Below are positions 21,514 to 32,028 of a stretch of DNA of 64,000 bases, one piece after another; positions within the stretch are counted from its first letter, which is position 1; each line of letters starts with the position of its first letter. The stretch comes from an uncultured Planctomycetaceae bacterium (GTDB lineage: Bacteria > Planctomycetota > Planctomycetia > Planctomycetales > Planctomycetaceae). The stretch spans positions 1-64,000 of the forward strand of contig CAWFAK010000004.1 in assembly GCA_963813715.1 (NCBI GenBank), in the 5' to 3' direction. Both the position numbers and the translations under genes were made by a program. Below the pieces are notes generated by a model that was not told the DNA's origin, ran no database searches, and worked only from the letters and a program-made list of their open reading frames with translations.

Positions 21514-21924
21514 TCAGCCGCCTTGGTGCCGGCTCGGTTCATCGTGGCCCGAATAGTCACCTTCGAGCACGCGTTCGATGGCTTCCGCGAGTTCGTCAGG
21601 GTTCGCCCCCTTGATCCCGCGCAGTCGGAAGGACAGACAGTCGGTCGGCTCGTCAGTATTGGGCCAGGCCCTTACGGAAAGATTGTCAAAGTCGTCCGCC
21701 TGACTCGTGGCGAAAATCAGGATGTTGAGCGAGCGCCATCCTCCGGCCAATACGTCCACGTCGAAATCGACGGAGAATTGATCCACCCGGCGGCCTTCTC
21801 GCAAATTGGAAGTCGATTTCCCCGTGCGAAGTGACAGGAGGATGATCCCCGGCAAGTCGCCGAGGGCTTCGACGAGCTGCCGCAACCGCTCGTCGCTGGT
21901 CTTGTCCTCAACTTGTGCGGTCAT
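21514..21924 (-). CDS. Hypothetical protein
   Basis: MTAQVEDK start after AGGAG. Confidence 0.6.
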   Translation of the reverse strand: MTAQVEDKTSDERLRQLVEALGDLPGIILLSLRTGKSTSNLREGRRVDQFSVDFDVDVLAGGWRSLNILIFATSQADDFDNLSVRAWPNTDEPTDCLSFRLRGIKGANPDELAEAIERVLEGDYSGHDEPSRHQGG

Positions 21925-22543
21925 GTGGTCTCTCCTGTTTCCCTTGAGGCCGGCCCGGTCGCTTCGTGCCGACCTCCGTACGCTCACCCGCGCCTGCCGG
22001 AACCGCGTGCGCTGCCTCATCTCGCTCGAACGAGCGGTGGTATTGTTCGAGCGTTTGTGACTCTAAGTACACGTCCACGAAATCCAGCAGCTTCGCGTCA
22101 ATCCAGGCCGCGACCTTGCCCTCACGCACGGCCGCAATCGGCACGACCACCTGATCGTGACCCTGGAATTTGAAATAGATCGGCAGGATCTCCAGATCGT
22201 ACGTCACGATCGCGTTCTCGAGTGTCATGTCTGGCGACACCAGGAACGAGAGTTTCGTGCTCGCCGGAAATTCCACCGTCTTCAGAAATCGGCAGCACCA
22301 CTGCGATTCGGTATCGGCCTCCGGCGGTGCTAAGAGTGCATTCGGAAAGAAGGCCACGACCTTCTCGATGCGCGGACGAATGATCGAAGCCATCAAGTGC
22401 CGGGCGGCACTCTGATAACCGTCGCGTCGCTGCTCGCGCTCATCCGTGGTGCGGTCACTCGACTCCTGCGCGACCTGTCGTCGATCGGTGGCAAAGGCAA
22501 GTTTGATTCGAATCTCGTTTTCAAGCTCTTTTAGGTCTTCCAT
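21908..22543 (-). CDS. Hypothetical protein (resembles proteins normally ending in a YHS domain, absent here)
   Basis: YDLEILPIYFKF..WIDAKLLDFVDVYL. Confidence 0.55.
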   Translation of the reverse strand: MEDLKELENEIRIKLAFATDRRQVAQESSDRTTDEREQRRDGYQSAARHLMASIIRPRIEKVVAFFPNALLAPPEADTESQWCCRFLKTVEFPASTKLSFLVSPDMTLENAIVTYDLEILPIYFKFQGHDQVVVPIAAVREGKVAAWIDAKLLDFVDVYLESQTLEQYHRSFERDEAAHAVPAGAGERTEVGTKRPGRPQGKQERPHDRTS

Positions 22544-22553
22544 ACAACACCTT

Positions 22554-23439
22554 TCAGATTGATTCGCCGGGAGGCTGAACGAGACGGCCGTTGCGGTGGC
22601 GTCCACGCGTAAAGGAATGCACGGCATCCATGACATCGATCGGTATTCCCAAAACGACCGTGTTCGAGGCTGTGGGGCCCAAGCCGTCGATGGTCTGCAG
22701 CGTCCGCAACTGCATCGCTCCGGGGCTGGCTGCCATCGTTTTGGCGGCCGCCGCCAGGTTATCTGACGCTTCGCGATCGCCTTCGGCCTTGGTGATGGTC
22801 GCCCGCTTCTCGCGTTCGGCGGAAGCCTGGCGGGACATCATCTTTTTGAGTTCCTCAGGCATGTTGATGTCCTGAATTCGAATGCCGGTCACTTCCAATC
22901 CCCAGCCCTCGATGTCCTTCTCCACGTTGGCTTCGATTGCCTTGCCGATCTGTTCGCGTTCGACGAGGAGCTGGTCCAGGGTCATTTGGCCAATGACGTC
23001 ACGCAACGACGTTTGGGCGTACTGCGAAATGGCATAGCGGTAGTCCTGGACCTTGATCACGGCGTCGGCCACGTTGTCGACCTTGAAGAAAAACACGCCG
23101 TTGATCGTCACGGGCACGTTGTCCTTGGTGATCACCTGCTGGGCCGGGATGTCCGTAGCGCGAATGCGGATGTCGATCATTCGCACCTGATCGACCAACG
23201 GGACGATCACAAACAGCCCGGGCCCCCGGATGCTGTGGTACTTGCCCAGTCGGAAGACGAGCGCTTGCTCCCATTGCGCGGCCAATTTGATGCTCGACGC
23301 AGCCACGACGTCGGCGACAAGCCACGTGATCGCAAAGAGCACGGCCACGACGGGGCTGCCTAGCCCGATCGCAAGCGCGATGCACCGCGCCGATCACAAG
23401 CAGCACGACGAATACCAAGCCCGAAATGTAATTGATCAT
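22554..23439 (-). CDS. SPFH/stomatin (slipin) family protein, frameshift near the 5' end
   Basis: FRLG..GPGL, ITKDNV, QTSLRDVIG, RQASAEREKRA, AMQLRTLQT. Confidence 0.9.
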
Positions 23440-23478
23440 GGAACCTCCAAGACTCAAGCCGCACGTAGCATGGCTCGC

Positions 23479-23685
23479 TCAGCGACCACCGAGTGGTATC
23501 CAGGCCGGCGCATCGCTGCAGGGAAATGACTCCGCGGATGCTTCATCCACCGAATCCCAATCCACGCGCCGATCGGCTCGAACACCGGGAGCGCCGTCGC
23601 GCTGTGGCTCCTTCGCAGGCTCGGCGTCCGCTTGAGCCAGCGGAACCTTGTGGTCAGCCTTGTGTTTCTGATTCGCGTTCATCAA
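23479..23685 (-). CDS. Small stress-type protein with DEASxESFPxSDxPAW motif
   Basis: Conserved C-terminal motif. Confidence 0.65.
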   Translation of the reverse strand: MMNANQKHKADHKVPLAQADAEPAKEPQRDGAPGVRADRRVDWDSVDEASAESFPCSDAPAWIPLGGR

Positions 23686-23718
23686 TCGGTTCGCCGCGTG
23701 TTGGATCGGAGACTTGGC

Positions 23719-24216
23719 TTAATTCCAGCCGACGAGAATGCGTTCGATCTCTTCTTTGTGTCGCGTCTCGTCGGCGATCTGACTTTCCAGGTTCACTTTG
23801 AGGCCGACCTCGCCGAGCGCTTCGGCCTGGCAAATCCGCTCTTCGTAGTCGGAGATCGCTTGTTTTTCCGCCGCCAGCGCGTTTTCGAGCATTTTTCGCG
23901 GCTCGTTGGCCTGGGGAACCGCGCGCGGCTGAGTCGTCGGCTCGGCCCCCAAATTGGCGATCTTGTCGGCCAGAAACTGCGCGTGGCCCTGTTCGTCGGG
24001 AATCTCTGCTTGGAAAAGGGCACGCAGCTCTCGGCGGTAGGGCCCCGTCAGCTTTGCGGAATATTGCGTGTACATCACGATCGCCTGGTATTCGCCGGCC
24101 AGATCGTGATTGAGACCGTCAATGAGCACTCGACGGGTGACAGAGGTCGGTCGATCGGCGGAGTTCTCATCTTCGTTGGCCGTCGACTTGCTATCTTTTT
24201 GGATGTGTAGGACCAA
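23719..24216 (-). CDS. Ferritin-like (bacterioferritin-type) protein
   Basis: LAGEYQAI..Y, DEQGHA, AEKQAI..Y, DETRH diiron motifs. Confidence 0.85.
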   Translation of the reverse strand: MVLHIQKDSKSTANEDENSADRPTSVTRRVLIDGLNHDLAGEYQAIVMYTQYSAKLTGPYRRELRALFQAEIPDEQGHAQFLADKIANLGAEPTTQPRAVPQANEPRKMLENALAAEKQAISDYEERICQAEALGEVGLKVNLESQIADETRHKEEIERILVGWN

Positions 24217-24348
24217 TGCGATGGACTCCTCTTCGTGTAATCGCGTGAAAGATTTGGTGTCCGACGACCTCGGTGCGAAAAGGCGGACGGCGCGAAATCA
24301 TGTTGATCGTGAAGTAGGCATGTCGCTTCACGCCGTCCGCAGTCGCAG

Positions 24349-24492
24349 CTATTTCTTCGCCACGGTCATTTTGAACTCGTTCATGGCGTCGGCTCCGCTG
24401 GCGGGGTGGCCTGTCACCTTGATCGTGAAGTCGCCCAGCGCGGCATCGGCCGCGACCTTGACTGCGACCTTCGTTTCCTTGTCCCCGTGCAT
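24349..24492 (-). pseudogene. Probable C-terminal fragment of a beta-sandwich protein
   Basis: MHGDKETKVAVKVAADAALGDFTIKVTGHP..KK*. Confidence 0.4.
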
Positions 24493-24618
24493 CACGGAGT
24501 CCCCTGATTACAGCCCGTCGTCAACAGCGCCATCGCCACTGTCAGACCAGCGAGTAAACACTTCATCGGTCAATCCTTTTCAAAAGGGCAAACCCATTCG
24601 CGCTCGCACCGAGCGAGG

Positions 24619-24867
24619 TTAACGTCGATCCCCGGGAACGTTCCGAGTAGGAGGTGAACTCCTGACAGGGATGAGCACCGGCGCGCTCGCTCCGAACCGC
24701 TTCTTCGATTGTGCTTTGGCTGAGCCGCAATCCTGTTGAATCTTCCCTGCAGACTGTTCGCGTCTCCCGGCAGCTGCCATCAAATCGTCGTTGGTAAGCG
24801 TGCCGACCTTCTCTTTTATTTTGCCCCGGAATTGTTTCCAGGTGCCCGCGATCTCATCCCAATTCAT
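24619..24867 (-). CDS. csbD: CsbD family protein
   Basis: MNWDEIAGTWKQFRGKIKEK.G.LTNDDL..G.REQ..GKIQ. Confidence 0.8.
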   Translation of the reverse strand: MNWDEIAGTWKQFRGKIKEKVGTLTNDDLMAAAGRREQSAGKIQQDCGSAKAQSKKRFGASAPVLIPVRSSPPTRNVPGDRR

Positions 24868-24993
24868 GGCCCACATCCTTGGTAAGGAGTCGTTAAACAG
24901 CACTCTCACTCAACTGGTCACCCCCATGCGGCGGAAAGGGAACTGGTGAGACAAAAGGTGTGCCACAACATGGGTCGGACGATTCCCGTCCGA

Positions 24994-25158
24994 TCAAAAG
25001 CCGCGCGGCACGTGTCCGAGAAACATCAGAATGATCAGGACCAACAGCACGACACTCAGGAGGCCGCTGGGTCCGTAGCCCCAATTGCGAGAGTGGTTCC
25101 AAGTCGGCAGTCCGCCCAGCAGCAGCACGATCAAGATGATCAGCAGGATGAGTCCCAT
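24994..25158 (-). CDS. DUF3309 family small membrane protein
   Basis: Own translation: MGLILLIILIVLLLGGLPTWNHSRNWGYGPSGLL... Confidence 0.85.
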   Translation of the reverse strand: MGLILLIILIVLLLGGLPTWNHSRNWGYGPSGLLSVVLLVLIILMFLGHVPRGF

Positions 25159-25224
25159 TCGAGTGCCCTTTTTGTTGGAGGCTCCGACGTCCCGGAGCGG
25201 AATTGATCCGCGATGAACCTCGCG

Positions 25225-25452
25225 TCAGGCCGGAGGCGTCGCCGCGCCTTCCTTCCGCTCTTCGGGCGAACCGCGCGTGCGGATTCGCTCCCAGAGCTCC
25301 GATCGATGGATGAAAACACTTGGATCGCCCTCGAATCCCAGCCTCACTCTGCCGCCACAAATCTCGAGCACGGTCACGGTGAGCAGAGGCTGGGTGTCGT
25401 CCAAACCTCCGATGGCAATGGATTCCAGCTTCTTTCTGGTTAAGACCAGCAT
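25225..25452 (-). CDS. csrA: Carbon storage regulator CsrA
   Basis: MLVLTRK..ESI.IG..VRLGF..V.IHRSEL. Confidence 0.9.
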   Translation of the reverse strand: MLVLTRKKLESIAIGGLDDTQPLLTVTVLEICGGRVRLGFEGDPSVFIHRSELWERIRTRGSPEERKEGAATPPA

Positions 25453-25465
25453 CGCAAAACTCCCT

Positions 25466-25885
25466 TTATGGCTGATGGCCTCGTTCGATCCCGTTCCACG
25501 TATCCGCCGTGACGCTGTGGGCGAGCAGAAACACCTGCACCATGGTTCCGCTGGTGAAGACCTGCACGACGGCGCCGGTCGTCATGTCGACTTCGGCGGT
25601 CGCTTCGCGCACATCGACGCCGGTGATCTTTTTGATCTCCTGTTTGAGCGACTCGGAGTCGTTTGCGAACAGCTCCCGATGAAACTCTTGCACCTGAACG
25701 GCACCGGCCGGGCTTTTGGACAAGGCTTTCTCGGCGGGTGAGAGCGCCCCGTGCAGCGTGATGACGAGCGTGTCGTCACTCAGCACAACGGACACGGCTT
25801 GGGGCACGTGGCCCGTGCGCCGTCCCTGAAATGCGCTCGCGGCTTCGGCGATTTGCCGCGCCATGGTTGAGCTGGGTTGGTCCAT
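25466..25885 (-). CDS. DUF2294 (MpsC-like) protein
   Basis: TGHVP..V.V.L..DTLVITLHGALSPAEKAL..IKKITGVDV. Confidence 0.8.
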   Translation of the reverse strand: MDQPSSTMARQIAEAASAFQGRRTGHVPQAVSVVLSDDTLVITLHGALSPAEKALSKSPAGAVQVQEFHRELFANDSESLKQEIKKITGVDVREATAEVDMTTGAVVQVFTSGTMVQVFLLAHSVTADTWNGIERGHQP

Positions 25886-25931
25886 TTTCGTTCGTCCCTG
25901 TTGGTTGGCGGCCGCTCCACACCGCGCAAAC

Positions 25932-26036
25932 AAAAAACCGACGTGGCTGAACACCCTTGAGGTGTTCGACCACGTCGGTTTACTCGTCAACGGACTCCCC
26001 AGCCCGGCTGGGTTGCCCTTTATCTAGTCATCCGAC
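25932..26036 (-). ncRNA. Candidate cis-regulatory leader RNA with terminator/antiterminator, copy 1
   Basis: GTCGGATGACTAGATAAAGGGCAACCCAGCCGGGCTGGGGAGTCCGTTGACGAGTAAACCGACGTGG..CCACGTCGGTTTTTT; three copies in window. Confidence 0.75.
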
Positions 26037-26082
26037 GATCTGTTGCCGAGCCGAGCTTGTGGTTCGACTCCGCACATAGGTC

Positions 26083-26111
26083 ATTGTATCGCGCGACACG
26101 AGGAACAACAA
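26083..26111 (-). promoter_or_regulatory. Sigma70-like promoter for leader copy 1
   Basis: TTGTTG-17 bp-TACAAT. Confidence 0.55.
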
Positions 26112-26233
26112 TGGCCTTCCACTCGATTGCGCTCTGTGCTGCCTCTGTGAAGCACGGATACACGGCCTCTGATCCCGAATTGCTCGCCCACTCTGACCGC
26201 GGGAATTGTCACTCGAACGCTCGCCGATCCTGT

Positions 26234-26803
26234 TCATTGCAAGTGTTCGGCAAGGAACCACACCTGCAATTCGTTGGTGCGAATGACATCAGAGACAATG
26301 ATGTCATTTGTTCCCAGGTCACCTTTGGCCGCGGAGTCCCGCGCCATCGCCCGACTTTCCAAGAGGATGATTTCGTGCGCCTGAAGCAAGCGTGCGATTT
26401 GATTCGCGACATCTTCGCGGTCTTTGGGCGCACGCGGAATGAGAGTGGCTTGTGCGACATCCGGAGCCATGGCGATGGTGACGCCGCCGAGCGTCTGCAC
26501 CCGCTCCGCAAGCAAATCGACGAGTTTGGATTGCTCCTCAAAGTGCTTATCGAAAAGCAGATGCATGACGTAAAACGATGGCCCCGAGGCCTGCCAGTGA
26601 TGCTTCTTGTACAAGTCCCGCAGTGTGAGAGTGTCGGCCAGCAGCTGATTCAGATAGTCGATGCTGGCGGCGGCTGTCGTCGCGTCCAGGGCCAGCGGGT
26701 TCTTTCGGGCCGTGCTGAAGGCCTGGGTTTCCCCGCGGGTCGCCGGAACAATTGGCTCTGTCAGGTGGACGCCGTCGGTCCGGGTGATTGTAGAGGTCGT
26801 CAT
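26234..26803 (-). CDS. dps: DNA starvation/stationary phase protection protein Dps
   Basis: KKHHWQASGPSFYVMHLLFD, DLLAERVQTLGG, GDLGTND. Confidence 0.95.
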   Translation of the reverse strand: MTTSTITRTDGVHLTEPIVPATRGETQAFSTARKNPLALDATTAAASIDYLNQLLADTLTLRDLYKKHHWQASGPSFYVMHLLFDKHFEEQSKLVDLLAERVQTLGGVTIAMAPDVAQATLIPRAPKDREDVANQIARLLQAHEIILLESRAMARDSAAKGDLGTNDIIVSDVIRTNELQVWFLAEHLQ

Positions 26804-26869
26804 TTAAAAACTCCCAATTGAGTGACAGAAAGGGAAGGACACTTCTACTGATCCTGACCGGCTTGGCGA

Positions 26870-29299
26870 TCATGCGATCCCGAGCCGTCGGAAGACCGGC
26901 CCTTTGGCCGCGTCCACGACGAATGCGAAGACAAACGTCGCGACAAATGTGCCGGCGACGACCGATATCGGTAGAGGCGTCATCACGATCCCGCAGATCG
27001 CCAACGTCGTCGCGATCAAGATGTCGGCCACGGATGACCCGATGACCCAATAGCTCGGCCAAGAAGACCACAGGCGCCGGCGCTCGCGGATGGCATAGGT
27101 CGCCGCCTGATTGCCAAACACGATGACGATAAAGGCCAGAGTTCTCAGCGCATCCATTTCGAGCTTCAGCCCAAACTCGCCGATCGCCAAAACTGCGCTG
27201 CAAAAGCCCAGTTCGAAGATCCCCATAAAAACGCCCGCGATCGTCAGTTTGCCGATGCGCCAGGCGTTGGGCAGCGGGGACGGTCGCACGTTGTCGGTGG
27301 TCAAGGACATTCCCAGGAAGTCCCCAGTGATCATGACGATGACCATCAGCATGGGCGTCAGGATGGCGTCGCCGGTCATGATCAGACCGACGGCCAGGAA
27401 GAGCACTTGGACGACTTTCTTGTTCACGGAGTTCAGCGTGTAAGTCAGGATGCGCTGGAACGTCACTCTCCCTTCCCGGACTGCGGCAACGATGCCGTCG
27501 AGTCCAGGCTTGGTCAGCACGATCCCCGCCGCCGACTTGGCGACGTCTGTCGCAGTCGACACCGCGATTCCCATTTGCGCCTGGCGCAGTGCCGGCGCGT
27601 CGTTGGCGCCGTCGCCGCACATTCCGACGGCGTGACCCTCCTTTTGGAAGGCCTTGACCAGGCGATACTTGTCTTCCGGCAGAACGGCGGCGAACCCCGC
27701 GAAGTCTTGCGGACGCACACTGTCGACGATCGGCCCAGGTGGACAGACGCCCCCCTCAAGTCCGACCGCGCGAGCTACGATTGCCGCCGTCGCCGGCGCG
27801 TCGCCGGTCACCATCACAGTGCGCACACCCAACGTCTTTAGCTCCGTGATCAGCGCTGCCGAGTCCGTCCGAGGTGGGTCACTGAGTGCAATGAGGCCAG
27901 CTAGCCGCAGCGCGGCCGGCGGACCGATGGCGACGGCCAGGACTCTGAAACCTTGCGATTCAAACTCGCTTGCCGCCGTGGAAGCCGCTGGCGACGGTTG
28001 CGTGAGACGGACGATGACAGCGAAGGCCCCCTTCACGATGCGCAGATTGCCGCCGCTCGGATCCACGACCGTCGCCTCGGACATTTTCGTCGCCGGATCG
28101 AACGGTACGAACGCGATCCGTTTCGGCAAATCGGACGGACCGTTGTGCGTGGCGGCAGAGCGAATGGCAGCATCGACGGGATCCTGTCCACCATCCGAGC
28201 CTGCGAGGGCAGCGAACCCCAGGAGGTGAGCCTCGTCGAAGCCGGATAACGGGCGGACGGTGGTCACGGTCAGTTCATTGCGCGTCAACGTGCCCGTTTT
28301 ATCCGCGCACAGAACGTCGATGGAGGCCGCCTCGTCGACGGCGGAGAGTCGCGTCGGCAGAACGCCCAGGCGTGCCAGGGACTGTGCGCCAACCGCTGCC
28401 GCCAGAGTAAAGGTGGCCGGCAGCGCGACCGGGATTGACGCAAGAACCGCCGTGAGCACGAGGGAAATGATTTCCCCAAGCGGCATGGCGTGAAGCCAGG
28501 CGTACGCCACCAGGATGACGATGAGCGTGCCGTTGAATAAGGCCAGGTTGCGCACCACGCGCAGCACAGCCTTCTGCTGAGAACTTACGACACGCGCAGT
28601 GAGAACGAGCTCCGCAGTTCGACCAAACTTCGTGCGAGCCCCGGTCGCCGTCACCACTGCGACGGCCTCGCCGCGCCGCACCAGCGCCCCAGCATAAGTT
28701 TGGAACGCGGGGCCAGACTCGATGGGAATGGATTCGCCGGTGAGCATCGATTGATCGAGCAGAACTGATCCTTCGACCAAGCGCACGTCGGCGGGAACCA
28801 CGGCGCCCAACGACAGCTTCACGATGTCGCCAGGGACCAAATCGGCTGCGGGCAGATTCGTCCAGGCGGCGTTGCGCCGCGCCGTCGCGGTCAGCGCCAG
28901 CCGTGACCTCAGCGCGGCCAGGGTTGCCTGGGCGCGCCCCTCCTGAAAAAAACCGAGAGCCGCGTTGAAGACCAGGAGAGCCGCGATGATCGCCGCCTCG
29001 ACATACTCGCCGAGCGCAATTTGAAGCGCAATCGCAGCTTCGAGCATCCAAGGCACAGGTGCCCAGAATTTGTCGAGTGCCAGCCGAAATGGATTCAGAG
29101 TCGTGTCAGAGACCGCGTTTGGGCCGAACTGCTTCAGCCGGCGGGCGGCCTCTTCGTTTGTGAGACCTGTGTCGAGGTTGGCAGGCAGCGTCTCGCGTGT
29201 GTCGAGACCTGGCGCCGCACGGGCGATATCATCTCTGTCCCCGCTCGAACGCGGGAGCTCCGTGCCCAATTTGTCTATTGCCGTTGGCACATCGACCAA
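26870..29299 (-). CDS. P-type ATPase, P3A plasma-membrane proton-efflux type
   Basis: LTGES, IPVALP, DKTGTLT, KGA, DPPR, TGD, GDGANDAPAL. Confidence 0.9.
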   Translation of the reverse strand: MVDVPTAIDKLGTELPRSSGDRDDIARAAPGLDTRETLPANLDTGLTNEEAARRLKQFGPNAVSDTTLNPFRLALDKFWAPVPWMLEAAIALQIALGEYVEAAIIAALLVFNAALGFFQEGRAQATLAALRSRLALTATARRNAAWTNLPAADLVPGDIVKLSLGAVVPADVRLVEGSVLLDQSMLTGESIPIESGPAFQTYAGALVRRGEAVAVVTATGARTKFGRTAELVLTARVVSSQQKAVLRVVRNLALFNGTLIVILVAYAWLHAMPLGEIISLVLTAVLASIPVALPATFTLAAAVGAQSLARLGVLPTRLSAVDEAASIDVLCADKTGTLTRNELTVTTVRPLSGFDEAHLLGFAALAGSDGGQDPVDAAIRSAATHNGPSDLPKRIAFVPFDPATKMSEATVVDPSGGNLRIVKGAFAVIVRLTQPSPAASTAASEFESQGFRVLAVAIGPPAALRLAGLIALSDPPRTDSAALITELKTLGVRTVMVTGDAPATAAIVARAVGLEGGVCPPGPIVDSVRPQDFAGFAAVLPEDKYRLVKAFQKEGHAVGMCGDGANDAPALRQAQMGIAVSTATDVAKSAAGIVLTKPGLDGIVAAVREGRVTFQRILTYTLNSVNKKVVQVLFLAVGLIMTGDAILTPMLMVIVMITGDFLGMSLTTDNVRPSPLPNAWRIGKLTIAGVFMGIFELGFCSAVLAIGEFGLKLEMDALRTLAFIVIVFGNQAATYAIRERRRLWSSWPSYWVIGSSVADILIATTLAICGIVMTPLPISVVAGTFVATFVFAFVVDAAKGPVFRRLGIA

Positions 29300-29377
29300 T
29301 CCCTCAACCCCGTAGCTGGACTTGCTTCGCCGGCTCGCTTTGTCTCGTAGGCCCGTCGCTGGAATGAGCTTGTCGAG

Positions 29378-29866
29378 TTAAGTCGGGACCACCAAATAGA
29401 CCGTTTGCCCACCGTAGATATAGGGCTGGTAATACACGCCGTCGCACACATCGTAGGTAATGCCATTCGCTAAGACCGTTTGGCAGCCGTCCGGCAGGGT
29501 GTCGTACAGGTAATACTGCGCACCGCCGAGCATGATGGAGCGGTACCCGGGACGAAAGTGCCGGGCATAGTCGCTGTGGTAGGGATTGCGAGCGGCGCCC
29601 CCTAACTCCCGGCCCCGCTGGACGGCCGGGCCTACAGGGTCACGACCTGCACGTTCGCCAAAGTGGATCGACCCGACGCGAGCAACCGCTTGTCCGCCCC
29701 CGACACGACCGCCGCCGACATGAGCTCCGCCGCCTCCGCCTCGAGCGCCGCCGCCTCCACCACCTCCCCCGCGGCCACCTTGATACGCGCCGATCGGAGC
29801 CGTCGCCCACACCAACGCGGCCAGACCCAGAGTCAAAGTACCGGTCCAAAAAATGATTCGCCTCAT
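29378..29866 (-). CDS. Secreted Gly-rich protein with Tyr-rich C-terminal domain
   Basis: AAGGAG RBS, signal peptide, poly-Gly, LPDGC..YDVCDGVYYQP. Confidence 0.7.
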   Translation of the reverse strand: MRRIIFWTGTLTLGLAALVWATAPIGAYQGGRGGGGGGGGARGGGGGAHVGGGRVGGGQAVARVGSIHFGERAGRDPVGPAVQRGRELGGAARNPYHSDYARHFRPGYRSIMLGGAQYYLYDTLPDGCQTVLANGITYDVCDGVYYQPYIYGGQTVYLVVPT

Positions 29867-30048
29867 GATCGTTGCTCCTTTATCACTGCAAGAAGAATCC
29901 CAAGTCGAGCCGTCTGTGCAAGGAGTCCGGGGCTTGTCACGCCACAACAGGCTCCTCAGAACGCGACTCGATTTAATCCAGCGCGGAATGCTGCCGTTTC
30001 CCCCGAACGTGAACACATTCACGATGTCGGAATCAGCTCATTACCCCT

Positions 30049-30837
30049 TTACCCGCTCGCCGCATCCTTCGCGGGTTTGGGCTCGGCATGCCGGTTCAGG
30101 AAATCGACCTTCCGCAAACCCTCCGGCGGCTGGAACTGAAACATCTCATCGCTCAGCTTGGGGTTCACGTCCCAGCGGTGGATGAGAGCGGTGAATTGCG
30201 GCTGGTCGGCCTGCTGCTTGAACGTGATCACGAGCTTGCGCGGCAGCGGTTCGTCGCCCGCGTCGATCCAGATTTGCCAGTCCACAGCCTTCTGCCGGAA
30301 CGCGAGGTGATGGCACTTCACCTTGCCCACGTAATGCAGGCCGACATACTCGCCGCTCTGCACGTTTTCCGTGAACTGCTTGTAGGGGTCGGCAAACAGA
30401 AAATCGGCCAGGGGCTGGTCCGTCTCGAAACGCTCGTGCAGATCGTCGAGCATCCCATCGATGGTGCCGGGCACCTTCTCGACAGCGTAGGTCTTTTGAG
30501 CGCGGTCGAAGACGGTGACCGTCTTGCCGTCGTAATAGAATCGGGAGTTGGCCGTGTCCCCCTCGCTCTCGCCGAAGATCTTGTCGGGCCGACTCACGGA
30601 CATGTGGCGCTGGTTGCTGAGCTGCAATTTCTGACCGTCGTCCTGCGTCTCGTCGAAGAATTCCTCGACCTGGAACGAATACGTGTGGAGGCCGGCCAGG
30701 TAGTTCGACATGGCCTTCAGATACTGTTCCGCCTTGGGCTCGATCTTGGGGGCCTCTTGTTGAGGATCGCCTGCGAAGGCGACTCCCCAAAAAATGGCCG
30801 CGACCGCCAATCCGACTGTCGCCATTCGCTTTTTCAT
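30049..30837 (-). CDS. DUF2092 periplasmic protein (LolA-like)
   Basis: LKAMSNYL..RPDK..YDGKT..CHHLAFRQ..VDWQIWI..PLPRK. Confidence 0.85.
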   Translation of the reverse strand: MKKRMATVGLAVAAIFWGVAFAGDPQQEAPKIEPKAEQYLKAMSNYLAGLHTYSFQVEEFFDETQDDGQKLQLSNQRHMSVSRPDKIFGESEGDTANSRFYYDGKTVTVFDRAQKTYAVEKVPGTIDGMLDDLHERFETDQPLADFLFADPYKQFTENVQSGEYVGLHYVGKVKCHHLAFRQKAVDWQIWIDAGDEPLPRKLVITFKQQADQPQFTALIHRWDVNPKLSDEMFQFQPPEGLRKVDFLNRHAEPKPAKDAASG

Positions 30838-31064
30838 GATCAGATTCTCCGTCATTTGCCCGAAACACAGCCGCCGCACCATCGGGACACGCACCGACGC
30901 GCAGAACTGTCAGTTACTTGCCGCTGTCATTGACCCGCGATCGGCGCGCGGCCCGATTTTCTGGTGCGAGGGCCGGCGGGAATCGCGCCGAGGCAGACAA
31001 GAATCAAGCCCACAACGAGGGTCGTCGGACGCACTACTGGTCGTCGTTTGGAAAAAACGCGAAC

Positions 31065-31958
31065 CTAAAAACGATTTCCGCCCCGGAACTGCGACTGGGA
31101 AACCACTTTCGCGCGCCGGAAGATTCGGCGGGACGATGACTTTTCCGGACGGTCACACGCTTTCGCGCCCGCGTCTGGGACTCGTGGAGTCGATGCGAGA
31201 GGAAGGCGGACGACAAACTCACTTCCGCGACCCAGTCCAGGGCTGTTCGCACTTACGCTGCCGCCGTGCATCTCCACCAACTTCCGCACCAGCGCCAGAC
31301 CGATGCCCAGACCCCCCTCCGAATGATCTCGCGTGCGCTCCACCTGCCAGAAGGACTCGAAGACATGTGGGAGCATTTCCCGATCGATGCCAATCCCGGT
31401 ATCGCGAACTCGTAGAACGACATCGCTCGCTCGGGCCTCGGCCGTCAGCCAGATGCGGCCGCCTGGCTCCGTATACTTGGCCGCATTGTTCAGGAGATTC
31501 TTCAGCACCTGTTCCAGCCGGCCGGAATCAGCGTTGACGGATACGGGCCCCGGCGGGAGGGTGACTTCGAACTGGTGGCCGCGCTCGTCAAAGGACGAGC
31601 GCACGGTTTCGACCGCGCGGGCGACACACGCCGCCAGATCCACGGGCTCCTGACGCAAATGGATTTTGCCGTGCTCGATGCGGGAGACTTCCATCATGCC
31701 GTCGATCAGGCGGCCCATGCATTGTGTTTGCCGCTCCATCAAGCCCCGGACGCTGTCCCGTGTGGCGGCGTCTTCCCCATCGAAGGCAAGCACCTGAAGC
31801 GCACTACAGATCGCGGCCAGAGGGGAGCGCAACTCATGCCCCAACTCGGCGAGGAACTCGTTCGTGTGCCGATCGGCGTCGCGGAGTCGACGGTCGGGAG
31901 GGGCGTTGCCGATCGTACGCTGGAAGTCGCTCCCTGCCCGGATCAGTTGTTGAGCCAT
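31065..31958 (-). CDS. Histidine kinase (HisKA + HATPase) lacking sensor and receiver domains
   Basis: FLAELGHELRSPL, NLLNNAAKYT, DTGIGI, GGLGIGL. Confidence 0.85.
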   Translation of the reverse strand: MAQQLIRAGSDFQRTIGNAPPDRRLRDADRHTNEFLAELGHELRSPLAAICSALQVLAFDGEDAATRDSVRGLMERQTQCMGRLIDGMMEVSRIEHGKIHLRQEPVDLAACVARAVETVRSSFDERGHQFEVTLPPGPVSVNADSGRLEQVLKNLLNNAAKYTEPGGRIWLTAEARASDVVLRVRDTGIGIDREMLPHVFESFWQVERTRDHSEGGLGIGLALVRKLVEMHGGSVSANSPGLGRGSEFVVRLPLASTPRVPDAGAKACDRPEKSSSRRIFRRAKVVSQSQFRGGNRF

Positions 31959-32028
31959 AGTCGAAGTGGGCCTTTCCAGCGATTCGGCGGCCGTTCCGGT
32001 CGCGAATTGCCGTCCTGCACCACGGAAT

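Noticed and set aside
24580..24620. c-di-GMP-I riboswitch-like start AAGGGCAAACCC
   Set aside because: Lacks the GGGACGCAAAG and P3 elements and is antisense to neighbouring genes
25886..25990. Extended N-termini MTSKPTWS.. in ORFs 25466-25990 and 31065-32087
   Set aside because: These frames run through the terminator hairpin; conservation is explained by RNA structure and copy 3 is not in frame with its gene
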